Shown: positions 1 through 13,700 of the stretch, in pieces
Position numbering within the stretch: position 1 is the stretch's first letter
Layout: each line of letters opens with the position of its first letter
Assembly (NCBI GenBank): GCA_977018835.1
Contig: OZ361260.1
Location: forward strand, 496,001-560,000
DNA length: 64,000 nucleotides
Origin: Minutocellus sp. GHC0000111
Lineage: Eukaryota
Direction: 5' to 3'
The notes under the pieces: generated by a model
Told to the model about the DNA's origin: nothing
The model's database searches: none
What the model saw: only the letters and a program-made list of their open reading frames with translations
Made by a program: the position numbers and the translations under genes

Positions 1-3000
1 CTCACCAGCTTCCTGCCTGAGGCGCTCTGCGAGCCACTCACTTTTCGTTCGCTTTCGGCACTTGTATCCCTCAGAGATCACAACGTTTCAACCGGCTCCG
101 CGAGGGAAACTAACCCTAAAAGAAATAGGGGTTTATTTCCCACTTTATAGCATTCGGTCTTCGACAATAAAACACAATTCATTTATTCGTTTCACATCTT
201 TTGTTACCATGGCGCATCCCTCCGAATGCAGAACGGCGGCGATAAAATGAGACAGAGAGCACTTGGAGACCTATGAAGGCACATATCGTACGGCCGACAT
301 GATGGCAAGTCCGCCGGTGTATCCCATAGGTCTCCAGGCACCCTACTTTTGGAGCACCACTTGCAGTCATCACACGACGACCGACGCGCCCGTATCCCAG
401 CACCACCCTCTCCCAACCAATGTAGTGCCGCCATTGCATGATTGGAGCCAAGATCATCAGCCCAACCGCCCAATTGTCCACCCTGATAGTCGCCAGGGCG
501 TGTTGAAAGCTTTCGGCACATGGCGATAGTCCAAAACACATGATGGATACGGTTTCCTTCCACGCATGCGACGGGGAAACTATTTTTGGGACCACCCGCA
601 CCACCAGAACGGTGGTGAATGCACCAATTTGAAGGAACTGGGAGACGAATGAAGGATCATCGAACGTGGCCAATATCATAGCAAGGCGAGCGGCGCATTT
701 CATTCGCCTCCCAGGACCCTACTTGTGAAGCAACACTCATGGTCATTGTCCGTCGACCGACACGCCCGTCGAGAAGGTTGGGAACCGGTGGGCATCTGGA
801 GGCGGTTCGTTCGTATGTGAACAAGCCCAACAGCTTCTTTTACGCTTTGGATCCGTCTTATGGGTATGTGGGGTCGAGAAAATGCAGTCTATCGTGGCAA
901 CGGTCTGCAAACACAGCTTCTGTGGTCGGTGCAGCAACTATTTGTGTCTCGTGGAGGCTGAAACCTGACCACAAATTGGACCTACCGGTGCCGACAAATT
1001 GGATGCAGATGAATTTTCCGTGGATACTTTGGCTCTGCCGGATACCTGTATATATGTGGGTGTTGGAAATTGTCTGGTGGTGAAGAACGGGGGCAGGCAT
1101 CATGTCTTCTTGGCACACATGGAACATCTTGAGAAACAGGCTGGAATCGGTGTCGCCTCGAACCGCAGACATGAAATTGATACAATTCGTCTCAGGCATG
1201 CAAACTCGCAAACACTTCCATGCAGTTACCTCCCTGTTATATATACCTTTCGACTTTTGATGAGTTTCATTGGGTTGCTGCGAGGGATGGGCGTGAATTT
1301 ATTGATTGCATTCAATTTTTATGGGCTCTCAGCAAGAGTGTACGAGGTCAACCTTGCCGAGGGAGGACGATAACAGATCGGCATGAGGACGCAACCAAGA
1401 GCATTCTATTTGCTTTAGTTCCATTATGTATATATGTAAGAAGTTATTTTTATGTAAATGGTATATTCTTGTCCACTTGATGGAGTTTTGTAGCCATGGT
1501 CATCAACAGTAGTTGATGATGGGGCCACCGCAGAGCCCGACCTTGCTCTCAGATAGTAGTAACATCTATAAACATCAAATTAAGCCATTTTACTACAGCT
1601 ACTACCCATAGAATTCCACTAGATATACACCCTGGTGTGGCTCTATAAGAGTGTTATTGAGTTCGTGATTATTTGTTGAGTTGTAAGCCCTGACTCTTCG
1701 TGGAGGTCGACGACCACCGAGATTTACGACACAATCCTCGATTTTTCACATTGATTTGCCTCCATTACTTTCCTTACCAGCACAAAGTACTTTCCATGAG
1801 TATAGAGGCCGCTCGGGTATACCAAGGGCCGTTGTTTAATGCCCTTCCCATCGAGTAGTTGTAGTTGATTGTTGTTCAGTATCAATATTGGTTTTTCGAA
1901 TCAGCCCCCCGTCAAATCTGGCGTCGACCTCCACGAAACATTCAGATACTTATGAAATCGTCAATCTTTGCAGCAAACCCGCGAAACTTTCCATCAATGA
2001 GCCACCACATATCATATGTAGGTGGGAATAAGGTACTGATGAGGTGAATGGACGCACATGGACCCAAACTATCGTCTTGTTGATATTTTGACCGACGAAA
2101 CTACGGAAACTTTCCTCCCAAAAATGTCAACATGACATAGTTTGGCCGAACCATCGATCCAATTGCCAGGAAAATGCTATCGGACCTTAGCGTGGGTACA
2201 TACTATCCGAACGGAAGCCTTGCTATCGTCAATTTGGCGTAGATAGGTACACCTATTGAGAAAGTGATATCGCGGTGGAGAAGTTGGGGAGAGTCTGGAA
2301 GTTCTGGTTTTACTTGTCATTGTGTGACAATGCAATGGGTTCCAAACACAAACTCAACAATCAACACACACACTTCCATTCTTTAGTACATACCTTGGCA
2401 GGATTGAACGAGAACCAGCACCCCAAGGTTCAATTTCAAGGACTATTGTACCTCATCTGATTTTGGCGCCCGTCCCAACACCGAGAAATTTCCGGCAAAT
2501 CCAAAAGGCCCCAACAAAATGATCCGCTTATTGACACTCAAACCGCAGAAGAAGCACATTGGTCGCTCCAGGAGTATCATGCTATCGAAATATCAAAAGT
2601 TGTATAGACACTCTCAGCGGATTTTTCGAGCAAAAGAACCACATCGACATTGAGGACCGTTTTTGCGACGAAGTCGAATTCTTGATTTTTCAGACGACAT
2701 CGGCGTTTAGCGACTATTGTGCGTCCGAACTCAATAACACTGCCATGCTGCTGCCCCATACTTGCATCAAACCGCCCCCCCAAGCCGTCAAATGTCAGCA
2801 ATCTCTCATCAACTTGACATCGTCGTTACTTTTCTTTGCGATTGTAGCTGTGATGGAGGTCGACGTCGGCCGATGACATGTGCCGAATGTCGATTTTCGC
2901 GAGTTTCAGGAAATCGAGGCTCGGAGTGAAGGCCCACGGGCCAAGTCACACATACAGAGAAGATATACTGAGGTGGGCATGGTGGTTGCATACCATCTTG

Positions 3001-3354
3001 GTGGTCGTTTGGGCACACATGCGAGGTTGGTGGGATTATGGCACAGACGAGGGATGGGCTCGATGACCATAAAATCCGGGTTACTTTGACGGTCATTGGC
3101 CATTCATTTATGCCGTGAAACGTTGTGAGATACTCTGCCGAGTGTAGAATTTCTTGCACCCACCCTACGTGTGACAAATTCCCATTTTTGAATGTTTGCA
3201 CGAAATGCTGACGTCGCGGAAATTAAAGAACTGATCGGAAAGTGTTCAGAACGGACGAAATGTTTTTTGCGGCTTTCTGCGGGAATTGGTTGGCCTTCAT
3301 GCGCATCTCGTCGGCATAAAAGGTGCCATTGCTTGCTCCTTCTGCCGAAGTATA

Positions 3355-3531
3355 CAGTCTGTTCTCACCTATAAGCAATTGGTAATTGCTTAGGTGAGGG
3401 CTGAGATTCTGAGCATATTGCTTATTCTAAGAGCTAATTGGTACCTCATTCCCATGTTATTCCTTATTCCAAAATAAGCAATTTGAGACCTCGGGCCCGA
3501 GTCTCAATTGATTATAGGTGAGAACGGACTG
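3355..3531. mobile_element. 177-bp non-autonomous MITE, Tc1/mariner/pogo-type
   Basis: Left end CAGTCTGTTCTCACCTATAAGCAATTG and reverse complement of right end CAGTCCGTTCTCACCTATAATCAATTG form a 27-bp TIR with 2 mismatches. TA flanks both sides (3353-54, 3532-33). CAGT termini with TA duplication are typical of Tc1/pogo. Confidence 0.8.
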
Positions 3532-3547
3532 TAACATGGTAACATAT

Positions 3548-3634
3548 TACAAATCAGCAAACATAGTAACATGTAGATCTACATGTATCAACGATCACCT
3601 AACTGCTACTAATGGCATTGTTTGCTGATTTGTA
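3548..3634. repeat. 16-bp perfect inverted repeat enclosing an 18-bp perfect palindrome
   Basis: TACAAATCAGCAAACA (3548-3563) pairs with TGTTTGCTGATTTGTA (3619-3634). ACATGTAGATCTACATGT lies at 3569-3586. Confidence 0.85.
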
Positions 3635-4175
3635 TCATGTGTACATGTACAGGATCTACTCAAGGTCTGTGCCCGCATGGATGGCGGTAGCCAGGGGCGA
3701 TGCTGTGTACAATTCGCCTGCCTTCGAGACGGAAGTCAAAGGTGGAGCCTACTCAGTTACATTTACACCTATACCGCCGTGCACTCTCTGGTGCCATAGC
3801 TCGAGGATTGTCTCTACACAAGCGATCGAGACTTCACTTTTTACGTGTCTCAAAAGAGGAGGCGGCTAGAGTAGCGGAAGAAGCCAAGTCTCATTTTGAG
3901 ACTGGCCGATGTTCTGAGGGAAATGGATTCTCTGCTCGTCATTCGAGTAGAGAGTATGGGTACTACGAGCAATTCCGAGGTTACAGGAGCGGTCCTGAGT
4001 GCCAGTACGAGTAAGAAAGACGACGTTTCTGCGGTATTCGCCTTTACCTTATTGATCTTATCCTCAAGATGACAGTCTGATAAACGTTTACGTAGATTTT
4101 ACTTATACATGTATGACCTATTAGGTAAATAAATGTACATTTGTAATAATATTGGAACTACGACTGAATAGATCT

Positions 4176-7100
4176 CTACGAATCTAAATCTTTCAGGTTG
4201 GCAGTGCTGCCCCTTTCGCTGCTGGTGCTGTGAAGCTGCATCTCCCACATGGCTCGGTATCGGCCGCCCTCCTTGGCCAGCAATTCTTCGTGGGTCCCTT
4301 CCTCAGCGACCAGACCATCATTCAAAACGATGATCTTGTCGGCATTCCGCACAGTCCCAAGCCGGTGTGCAATCACGAGGCAGGTCCTATCAGAGCCCAA
4401 TAGGTTGAGCGCCTCCTGAACAGAATTTTCAGTTACAGTGTCTGCAAAATTTTGGAAAGTTGGGGGTTGATGATGATCGAAGGGCGAGGTTAGATGCAAT
4501 CTCCATGGATTTATACCATCTATAATGCATGAAAATGCCGCTGTAGACAATAAAAAAACAAAACAACTAACTAAACTTGCCTAAAGCCGATGTCGCTTCG
4601 TCAAGGATGATCTGAATGGAGGAGGGAGGTGGAGAATAATAAGTCAAGCGAGGAAAGATGTCCAGGCACACCAAAGAAACATTAAATCCAAAGCGCAATC
4701 CCCTTTGCACGCTCTATACCAAACACTTACAAATTCTGGATTCTTGAGGAGACAGCGAGCAATGGCAGTCCTCTGCTTTTCGCCTCCAGAAAGTTTGAGT
4801 CCCCGATCTCCAACCATGGTATCCCACCCTTCCGGAAGCTGCTCAATGAAGTCAAGTAGCTGCGCATCCCTAGCGGCTTTCTCGAGCTCTTCGTCGGTCG
4901 CATCTCGCCTGCCATATAATACGTTGTTCTTGATGGTATCGTTGAACATTGTTGTTGCCTGCGGTACCACTCCGATCGCTTCGCGCAGACTTCTCTGGGT
5001 GATGGTGCGCACATCTCGTCCATTGACCTTGACTGCTCCTCCAAGAACGTCGTAAAAGCGAAATAGCAATCGACTTACAGTCGTTTTCCCCGCTCCAGTC
5101 GACCCAACCACAGCTGTTGTAGTACCTCTCTTCAGCTTGAAAGATAGACCCTTGAGACCCATAGCATCGGTTTGGGTTGGATAGTGAAACACGACATGGT
5201 CAAATTCGACAGCAACGTCGGGTTCGTCGTCATTAGTTGAGGAGAGCGGAACAGCATCAGGCGCATCCGATACGTCGGGGGACTCTGCAAGGAGCTCACT
5301 CAAATTGGCCAGGTCGATGAATGCCATTACAATGGCATTGTAGACGGAACCAAGGAAATTAAGAGGCAAAAATAGCTGCAGGGTATACGTCAAGACAGTG
5401 ACAAAGTCCCCAACCTCCATTCCAGGGCATTCATTGTACGAGACATCTGCACAGCACTGCGTTGTTCCGTCTTCGCAGCCGAGAGATTCACAGCAGTCGT
5501 TCCGACGCTTGATTGCATATGTAGCCAAGGTCAAGGAAGTTGCAAGGCAGCATTGCAGAAGAAAATTTTGGCTGATGTTGAGGAAGGAAAGACTGGCGGC
5601 GACGTTGACGCTACCAGACTGATATTTCTCAACCGCCGTTGCGTATCGCTTCATCTCAAAATCTTCTCCTGTGAAACATTTGACGGTCTCGAAGTTGACC
5701 AATGAGTCTGTACAAATATCGTGAAAGTCGTTGTCACTCTTGGTCACCTGCTTGCGAAACTTCTTTCGCCAGAGTGTGACGAGCACCGTCCACGTCATGT
5801 AGACAAACACGAAGAAGAACACGGCAACGGCCAGAGGAAAGTAATTGAAGTAGGTGGCGAAGATGATGACCACCAAAAGGCATTCGACGATGGCAGGAAG
5901 AAGCCATAGGAACATAAACTTCATCAGGGTGTCGCACGCCGCAATACCCCTGTCCATCGACCGGAGGACTTCGCCTAGCTTCTTTTTGAGATGCCAATCT
6001 AAGCTGAGGGAGTGAAGATGCCGAAAGGATACCTCGGAGAGTTGCACAAATGCCGCCTGGGCCACTTTGAGGTACACCAGCGATTGGCTCTCCTTGAAGA
6101 AGCTTCCTGCGAAGTTGAGCGTCGCGTAGAGGCACGCATATCTCACGCAATTGGCGTAGTCAGCCCGGGAAAGCGCGGTAGAGGCCCGTCCGAGGAGTAT
6201 CGGAGCGGTCAGATTGCAGGCCTTGGCGCTTCCCACGCACACCCACGTCATGGTGGCGCGTAGACGATTGGTAAAGGCCGAGGTGGCCGTCGCATCGGGC
6301 CAAAAATATGGTTTCAGGGTCACCAATATCGCCCGCTTGGACAGCGATGCCTTCTTCTCTCCCTTGGTCTTGGGTACTGGATATCGACATACCTTGCCTT
6401 CAATCAGAGCCAGCGCGGCATAAAGGACCAACACGGCGAGGGTTGCCCAATCGGCCGATGTGGGAGATCGACTCTCGGTGCCATCGGATGCTGGCCATGC
6501 CAAAAGGACGATGCACCCAACCAGCAGAATGAGCGAGCTAAAGGCATACATAAGTCGTTGGAAGGACGAAAAGCGGTTGCGAGCATAGTCGCGAACGTTG
6601 AGCACGAGACCGACGAACACGGCCACTGCCGAACATCCCAGGGGAATGGCCGAGTACACAGCATCGCGATAGGGAGCAGACGGTGACGACGGAAGGGCCG
6701 ATAGGATGCAGGCCACCAGCAGGAAAATAAATGCCGTCACATGAACAGCCGCTGATATCGCTGGCATGTGCTTCTCCAGACCGACCTTGGGTTCTTCTTC
6801 CGAGGCGAGACCGTCGGTGCCTTCCTCGTCAGCAAAGGCACTCTCGGTAGTATTGGCAAGGGTGCCATCACCAGCGCCAGCGCCAACGCCAGTGGAACCC
6901 AGAAATCGCATCGATTTGCGTCCCGCGATACCGCCGATGGACAACCTCCCATCGAAGACGCGGGTGGTCGACGCACGCTTTTCAGTGGAACGGCGACGGG
7001 CCCTACCAGCGCCGATGCCCAAGATGCTGCTCCTGTGCCGTCCGTCCTTGGCGGCGGGTCCTGCACCATCGCCGGTGCCGTTCGCGTTGGAGCCACCCTT

Positions 7101-7247
7101 GCTCTGCTGCTTGCCCGACTCGATTTTGGCGTCGTCCTTGTTCATCTGCATCGACGCGGTCGACACGAGATCGGCGACCAAGCGGAACAGATGGACCGTC
7201 GCGCCCACGCCGCTGGCCACGATGGCACTCTGCGGAGTGGAGCTCAT
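4176..7247 (-). CDS. ABCB half-transporter, HMT1/ABCB6/ATM1-like, with N-terminal TM extension; exons 7247-4731, 4611-4581, 4441-4176
   Basis: TMD motifs ([28 protein letters not shown]), Walker A GSTGAGKT, signature LSGGEKQR, Walker [11 protein letters not shown] in a 31-nt micro-exon, H-loop IAHRL. Intron 4730-4612 is GT-AG and 4580-4442 is GC-AG; together they restore the frame. Confidence 0.93.
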
Positions 7248-7790
7248 GGTTGGGAGGGGGTATTCGATGATTCAATTCAAATGGCTGCTCGGAGAATGAG
7301 ATCAGATCGTCATCTTCGTCGTTCTTCGCGTCATTCTCAAGTTTCGCCGGCGGTGAACTTCGCCGGAGGGGGGATAAGTACTCCTCATATGTAATAGTTG
7401 AGTATTATGTATCAAGAAATGTCCATTAAGGAGTGTACATGGGGTCTGTTCGCTTCCCCGCCAAACAAAGACGGCCATCCCGCCAGAGTGGCCAGAGTCA
7501 GTCCAGAGTGACCGTTGCCGCTACCGCTGCTGCTGCCGCGTGCTTTGTCATACAAGCTGCGTGCTTTGACTGATAGGAGCAGTAGTCTGCCAGTGCGCGA
7601 GGCTTGATAGCTGGCACATCTTGTGCGCTTTTCGTGAGTCTTTAGATTATCGGCCCATCAGAGGCAGGTCTGACCAACTGACCGCCAACGGGTTACTGCC
7701 TCACACAACTCACAACCACTCCGCTCGCTCCCATACCGGGTCTCCGCTGGACAACGTAGCTACGTAGCTAATAGCTGCAACGCGCTCATA

Positions 7791-10700
7791 ATGAGTTCGG
7801 AAGACGCCGGAGGTCGTCCCGTTGGTCCAGAGCCGATGGATGTTGTGCAGAATGAGGGTGGTGGCGGCCAAAATGAGACAATGGACGCTGCTGGCGAAGA
7901 CTCCGTCCTCGACGTTACCTTTGAAACTGCCCACGGCGATATTGAGGAAGAAGAAGAAGATGAAGAAGAGATATCCGACATCGATCTCGACTGCTACCCG
8001 TACACCTTTTCGCCTCTTCTACTCTTTGCCGAGTCCAAGTATTTCGATAAGGGCCATTCCAACTACAATGCCGTGTCGCAATTCTTCAACCCGGTCCTAC
8101 GCAATCCCGACGACCCCGACGACGACATTGACATGCTCCACAACGTCGTCTACGATCGCAAGAACATGCTGTACGAGGATCTGCTCAACTACGTCATCGA
8201 CAACGAGTGTCTGGTAACGTGCTGCATCGAGGCGCACTTCACGGCCTTCAAGATGTTCCGGCAGGGCAAGACGCCGGTCTTGGTCCATTACGATCCCATG
8301 AGGAGGGAGTTGCAGATGGGCCAGGGACAGGACGCGAGAAGGTTTGCTATCTTTATGATGATGAAATGCAACTACGGCGATGGGCAGCACATTCAGGACA
8401 ACAAGGATCACTACATGGGCAATGCCACCAACAAGGTCCGGCAGTACATCTACCACACTTGGAAGAAGATCCACCAGGTCGATAGGAGCGGCGTGTATCT
8501 GAGCGGTATTCGGCTCAACCTGAACCGATACGTCCTATTCAATCAAAAGAATGGCTTCACTGCCATGTCGACACAGCTTACTGGCAATACGTGCTACTTC
8601 CAGACCTTTCTGTAAGTACATCATCGGTGTGTTGATGCAAAATCTATTTGTACCATATCAATCTATTGCATCTCTATCCATAAATCTCACATCGGTTTTC
8701 ATCCACTTGCACCTTTCAGCTTTGCCCTCCTTTGCAAGGCTGGCAAGATTAAGTTGAGCAAAGATGGCAAATCGGTTGACATAGAAGATGTTGAAAGAGT
8801 CGAAGAGATCGCGGCTCGGATCTCTCGCTTCCTCTTGGAGTTTTTCGTTGAGGAGACCGAAGGTGGCCGCGCCCTCCTCCGACCTTTGACGAACAGTAAT
8901 TTTGTTTGCGACTTCTACCGTTACAAGGAGGCACCGTACTTTGCGCTTCTGACTGACTTTCTCCAGCATAGCAAGTACGGTGGAGAAGTGCCGGACTATG
9001 AGAAGCAGTACCAGGACGTGATGCAGTATTACCAGGAGACCAAGTGCCTGCACAAGTACGGCAGATTCCTACTTGGAGGAGCCACCGCGTCCTCTCCCAA
9101 CACCAAGTCCTTGACTTTCGTCAACAACTTTGATGGAGCCGCTGCGCTATTGTCGCAGTCTGACTATTACAAGTATCGCTCTTCGTCGTTCATGTTTGGT
9201 TTCAACACAAAGATCATGAAAGATATCGGTGATTTTTGCGCCTTCAATTCGTTTCGGAAGAATCAGATGCTTCATTGCTACGAAGAGCTTCGTCCTATGG
9301 TAAATGGCAATGCCAGAGCCATTATGGAGGCCAAAGGCGCCAATGTGTATCGCGACTATTACTTCATGGGACAGTTCGAGGTGGGACAACAGGAACTGAT
9401 TGACCTCCACCATCACACCTTCCTGATCGATCTGTTGGCAGAGACGAACCTCGACGATAATTTGGAACGACGCGTGGTGGCTGCCAATCAAGTCATGCTC
9501 CAGCACACTCTCTTTTCGACGAGCAAGCGCCACAATTATGAGAAAATACTTTCAACTAGTGACTTTATGAAAACGAAGAAGTATCGCGAGTTTCAGAGGT
9601 ACTTCATGAGCATCAACTGGTTTGATACGTTTTGTGGTCTTGGGTTTGATCAAATTCCCATGAGTGAAAAGGAGGTCAATTGCCTCACCAAGACACTTTT
9701 CTACACGATGGAATTGATGAAATCTAAGCAACACCACACTGAGTATGACTTTGAAAAGGAGGCAGTGAACAATTTGGCGAGAACATCGCTTCGGCAATAT
9801 TCTGCACAGTACAATGACAGGTTCGACATGTCGAAAAAATACAAGGTCCATGCCAAGATCGGCCATGGATTCACTTACTCCAAGTACAATACGCTGATGC
9901 ACTTTCTCAACGTCGTTCAGAGTTACTGGAGGAATCCCGATCTGAGTAATATTTCCGTCTTTGGCAAGGACATTCGTACGCTCCTTGCGATTTCCTCTCA
10001 GAAGGTCTTCTTTGAGGATCACCACTGTGGTTTTTACCACTACGGTCCGTTCGAAATCCCTGCAGGGGGGTATTACTCAAATGGTCACTATTACGACCTT
10101 GCGGTCGCGCAGAGTCTTGATAAGTGCGCCCCAAGCGTGGCTACAGGCAACAAGGGCGTGAATGACCTCATAGTCACAGATAGGGTCTATGAATTCAATT
10201 ATCTCAAGGGAATCCTGGAAAGCGTCTTTGAGAGCGCCGACGGCGTCCAATTCAAGACGGACAATGAGGTTCTGAACCTATCCCTCCTATCTCTTATGCT
10301 TGATTTTGGATTGTATCAGCGCTTCGTTGGGTTGCTGAACCTCAAGTTTTTGAATGAATTGCAGCACAAGGGCGATACAAAGGAATTGCAGGTGGAAGTG
10401 GCCAACATGATCTATGAATTTGATCGGAAGAATTCCGCTGATTCCATCACTCGCAGCCGAGTCGAAGAGCTGATCTATGAGACGTCCTACAAATTCCTAG
10501 GTACGTTTCCTCAGGCAGTTGCTAGCTTGGTTTTTTTGCCTTGCTTTTAAAATCATCGTTTGGGCGCCGGGCCTACTGACCCGTATGTCTCTTGTCTAAC
10601 CATTTCCTTCTTCCACCTCAACACAAATAATATCACCACAGTCAATAAGAATCTGGACCTTCGAAGCCATCAGTTCAAGATCATTCGAATGCTCAACTCT

Positions 10701-13700
10701 GATCCTGACTACCAGAGCTACGTACTTCTCGTCAAGATTTACATGTCTCTCTGTAACATCAACAAGTCCGTGGAGGTGGATTACTACAAGGTGAAGTGCG
10801 ATGGCGAGTTCCGCATCATCATCCCCCGCACCTTCAGCAAGATTACCAGCGAATATCTCGAAGACGTTAGCGTCCGCTATACCTTTTCGGAGAGCGAGGG
10901 CATTATGAAATACGATGACTTGCCTGTCTTTGATTTGAGGCCTCATCAACCTGAGATTGAGTTGTTCAGGGTGCGCTTTGACCCCGCAACGGATGTTCAG
11001 GTAAGTGAGGTAGATAAATCCATACAAATGCAGAACAAACAATTCGTCTATGCGCTTCTCCCTTCCCCCATCGGGAAGCTTTGGTCGAATTTTCCTCACC
11101 ATCTTTGCTCCTTCTCGTATATGTTTTAATCCAAAAGTCCATGGTAAAATACATTGAGGTGGAGAATGCCTTTCGGGTGATGGATGAGTCCAAAGAGCAG
11201 TACATCATGTTCGTCTCAGATAATGCACTTCTCATTGACATTCCCGATGGCAACCGCCGTCGAATGAAGATGCAAGTCAACAACATTCCTGTCGAGATTG
11301 CTACCATCTTCTTCAACGAGGCAATCTCATTCGTTCCGTGCTTTAAGTACACCGACAGCGAGGACGTTATCTTGTTCACTTCTCGTAATTTCCATTTCCA
11401 CGTGGATAATGGAGGCCAATTCGATGTCAACTATTACGGTATGAGGCACGAATTGATTGAGCTATTGACCTCGATTGAAACCTACATCGACCTGAATGAC
11501 AATCATCAGTTCAAGGAATACAAACTCAGCGAGTTGCTTACAGAGTCCAAGACTGTGTTCTACTTCCCGGACTATTTGATGCAGGTGACGAATCGCCAGG
11601 AGCTCATCAACCTGATGGATTTGGCGATTCACTTACGCAACATTCCGTTCTTCCTGCTTACATTCTTCTACCTCAACCGAACCTCTATTGACATCGGCGT
11701 TGTCGAAAGAGGAAAGAACATTCTGGGACCATGGAGAGAGGCTGTCATTAATGGTCTCGGTGAAGGGAACATCCGCAAGAATAAGCACTACACAGAAATC
11801 TTCGAGAGGCAATTCTTTGATTTGAATCAGTACCAAAACCTTTCCCTTGATGACTTCGTTGATCAGCTTTGCGACAACTTTACCAAATATCAGCGATTCG
11901 TCGACGGCCAGTATCAGATCATCCCTAGGGCCAAGCAACGAGATTTCCTAAAGCGAATTATTTGTGCCGAGGAATGCTTTCACTTCAGCGAGGTCGGTAC
12001 GGGAAAAACAAAAGTTATTCTGCCTCTTTTGTGCCAAGCCTTCCTATCAAATAATGCAGAAGTGCTGAGGCAAGGCCAAGGATACGTTGATTGTCCTTGT
12101 CCCTGAGCATTTATTGACAGATGCCCGCGCTCAGGTGTATCGTTACTGTCTTAATCTGAATTTCGGAGAGAACTACCGCGTCTATGACGATATTTTTGCT
12201 CTCAAGCATGATAAGGTCAATTTTAGCTCATCTCGATCTACGCAGAACAAGGTTTCCAAACAGATCTTCATCACGTCTTTCAACTCGCTGAAGAAGGCTC
12301 TCACGGATGATGTTATTGGGAGAAAGATGAAAGCGCATCGACAACACGTCCTGATTGTAGCCGACGAGGTCGACGACTTCCTTGACCGCAACAAACTCGT
12401 CTTCAATATCTGCTCGAACAAGAACAATTCGTTTGAGAGGTCGACGCTCGATCTCTTCTATGAGACATCTCGCGCAGCATATTATGAAAAGGGTTGTCCG
12501 AGCATGCTCGTGGACTCTTCAGAAAATCCGAGGTATTGGGAGCAGCTCTACAACAAGATGCGAGCCATCTTTGTTGAAATCCAGGATGCCAGTAAGTCCA
12601 TCAATAAGAGCTTTGGTATTTTCAACGAGCACACCCTCCGTCACTGCGTGTCCAATATCTCCCATGACATTGAAGGTTACAAATCGCTCATCGCCCGTCC
12701 CTACGAGTCGGTCAATCGAGCAATGCCGGGTTCGTATTACTCTGATGTGGAGAGGACCATTTTCCTCACCTTTGTGATTCTCACAGAAGACATTGCCAAG
12801 TACGACGAACTGTTCCAAAACGAACGCAAATTCATAAGTTATGAGTACTGGAACGAACACTTCATTCACCAGTTGGACTTTGATGACCTCGTTTATGGTC
12901 ACGAAAGGCTGTCCGAGATCTGCGAGAAACATTCCGAGGCGAAGGATGGGCTAACCCGCTTCCTCTATGAGATCATATTGAGACGAATGGAAATTCGGGA
13001 CAAGTCGAGGTCTGTCAATTCTATTGATATAATTTTTAACTTTGACTGCATAGGCTTCACGGGCACTCCCTTTTTGGACAATTACCCAACGGCTTCCTAC
13101 ATCCGTCATGGACGAAAGGATGGTGAGTTGCATGTTTGTTAATGTGTTTTGTACCAACTTACCTCGGGGACACTACTCACCCAGGGAACACTACTCACCC
13201 ACCATGTCAAACCTCTCTCCCTCTTCACCCATCTTTCGCTAATTTCTCTCCTCTCATCGTCTCTAATACAGATATCCCCGATATGATTGATCGTCACTTC
13301 TACGCCTACACCAGTGAAAAGCTGCCCCAAGATGAATTCCAACGTCGATTTGCCTCGTTTCAGGGGCAAAACAATAATGTCATGGTGCGCTACGCTCCAT
13401 CAGACTTTATTCGTCAGAGTCCCGACGAAATGGCAACCTTAGAGACTATTTTTGAACGAGAGGAAGAAACGATGGGCAATATCAATGCTGATGGCCATGG
13501 GGCAACGGCCCCGGCGCGTGCGCCAGCTTTTAATGCCCTTGTGGATTTGTGTGGAGTTTTCAAGCGTTCATCAATCTTGGATGTTGCCAAGCGCATCAAG
13601 AAACATTTTGGCCCCGACAAATTCCATTACCTTTATCACATTGACCAAAAAGATAACAGCGACCGCGTCCTCTGCCTCAAGACGGGTAACGACATCCAGT

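Noticed and set aside
108..121. Telomere-like CTAACCCTAAA
   Set aside because: Fewer than two full units; expected by chance.
1..3350. Many short ORFs in the first 3.3 kb
   Set aside because: No recognisable motifs or consistent exon structure; probably non-coding or decayed repeat.
3612..4014. Overlapping + strand ORFs that could be a frameshifted gene remnant
   Set aside because: No identifiable domain; cannot be supported from sequence alone.
12062..12107. Intron explanation for the first frame break in the giant gene
   Set aside because: Frame-restoring GT-AG options from 12062 are only 13, 19 or 46 nt, and the longest removes helicase motif Ia.
13167..13201. Short tandem duplication GGGA(A)CACTACTCACCCA in an intron
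   Set aside because: Two copies only; ordinary slippage.
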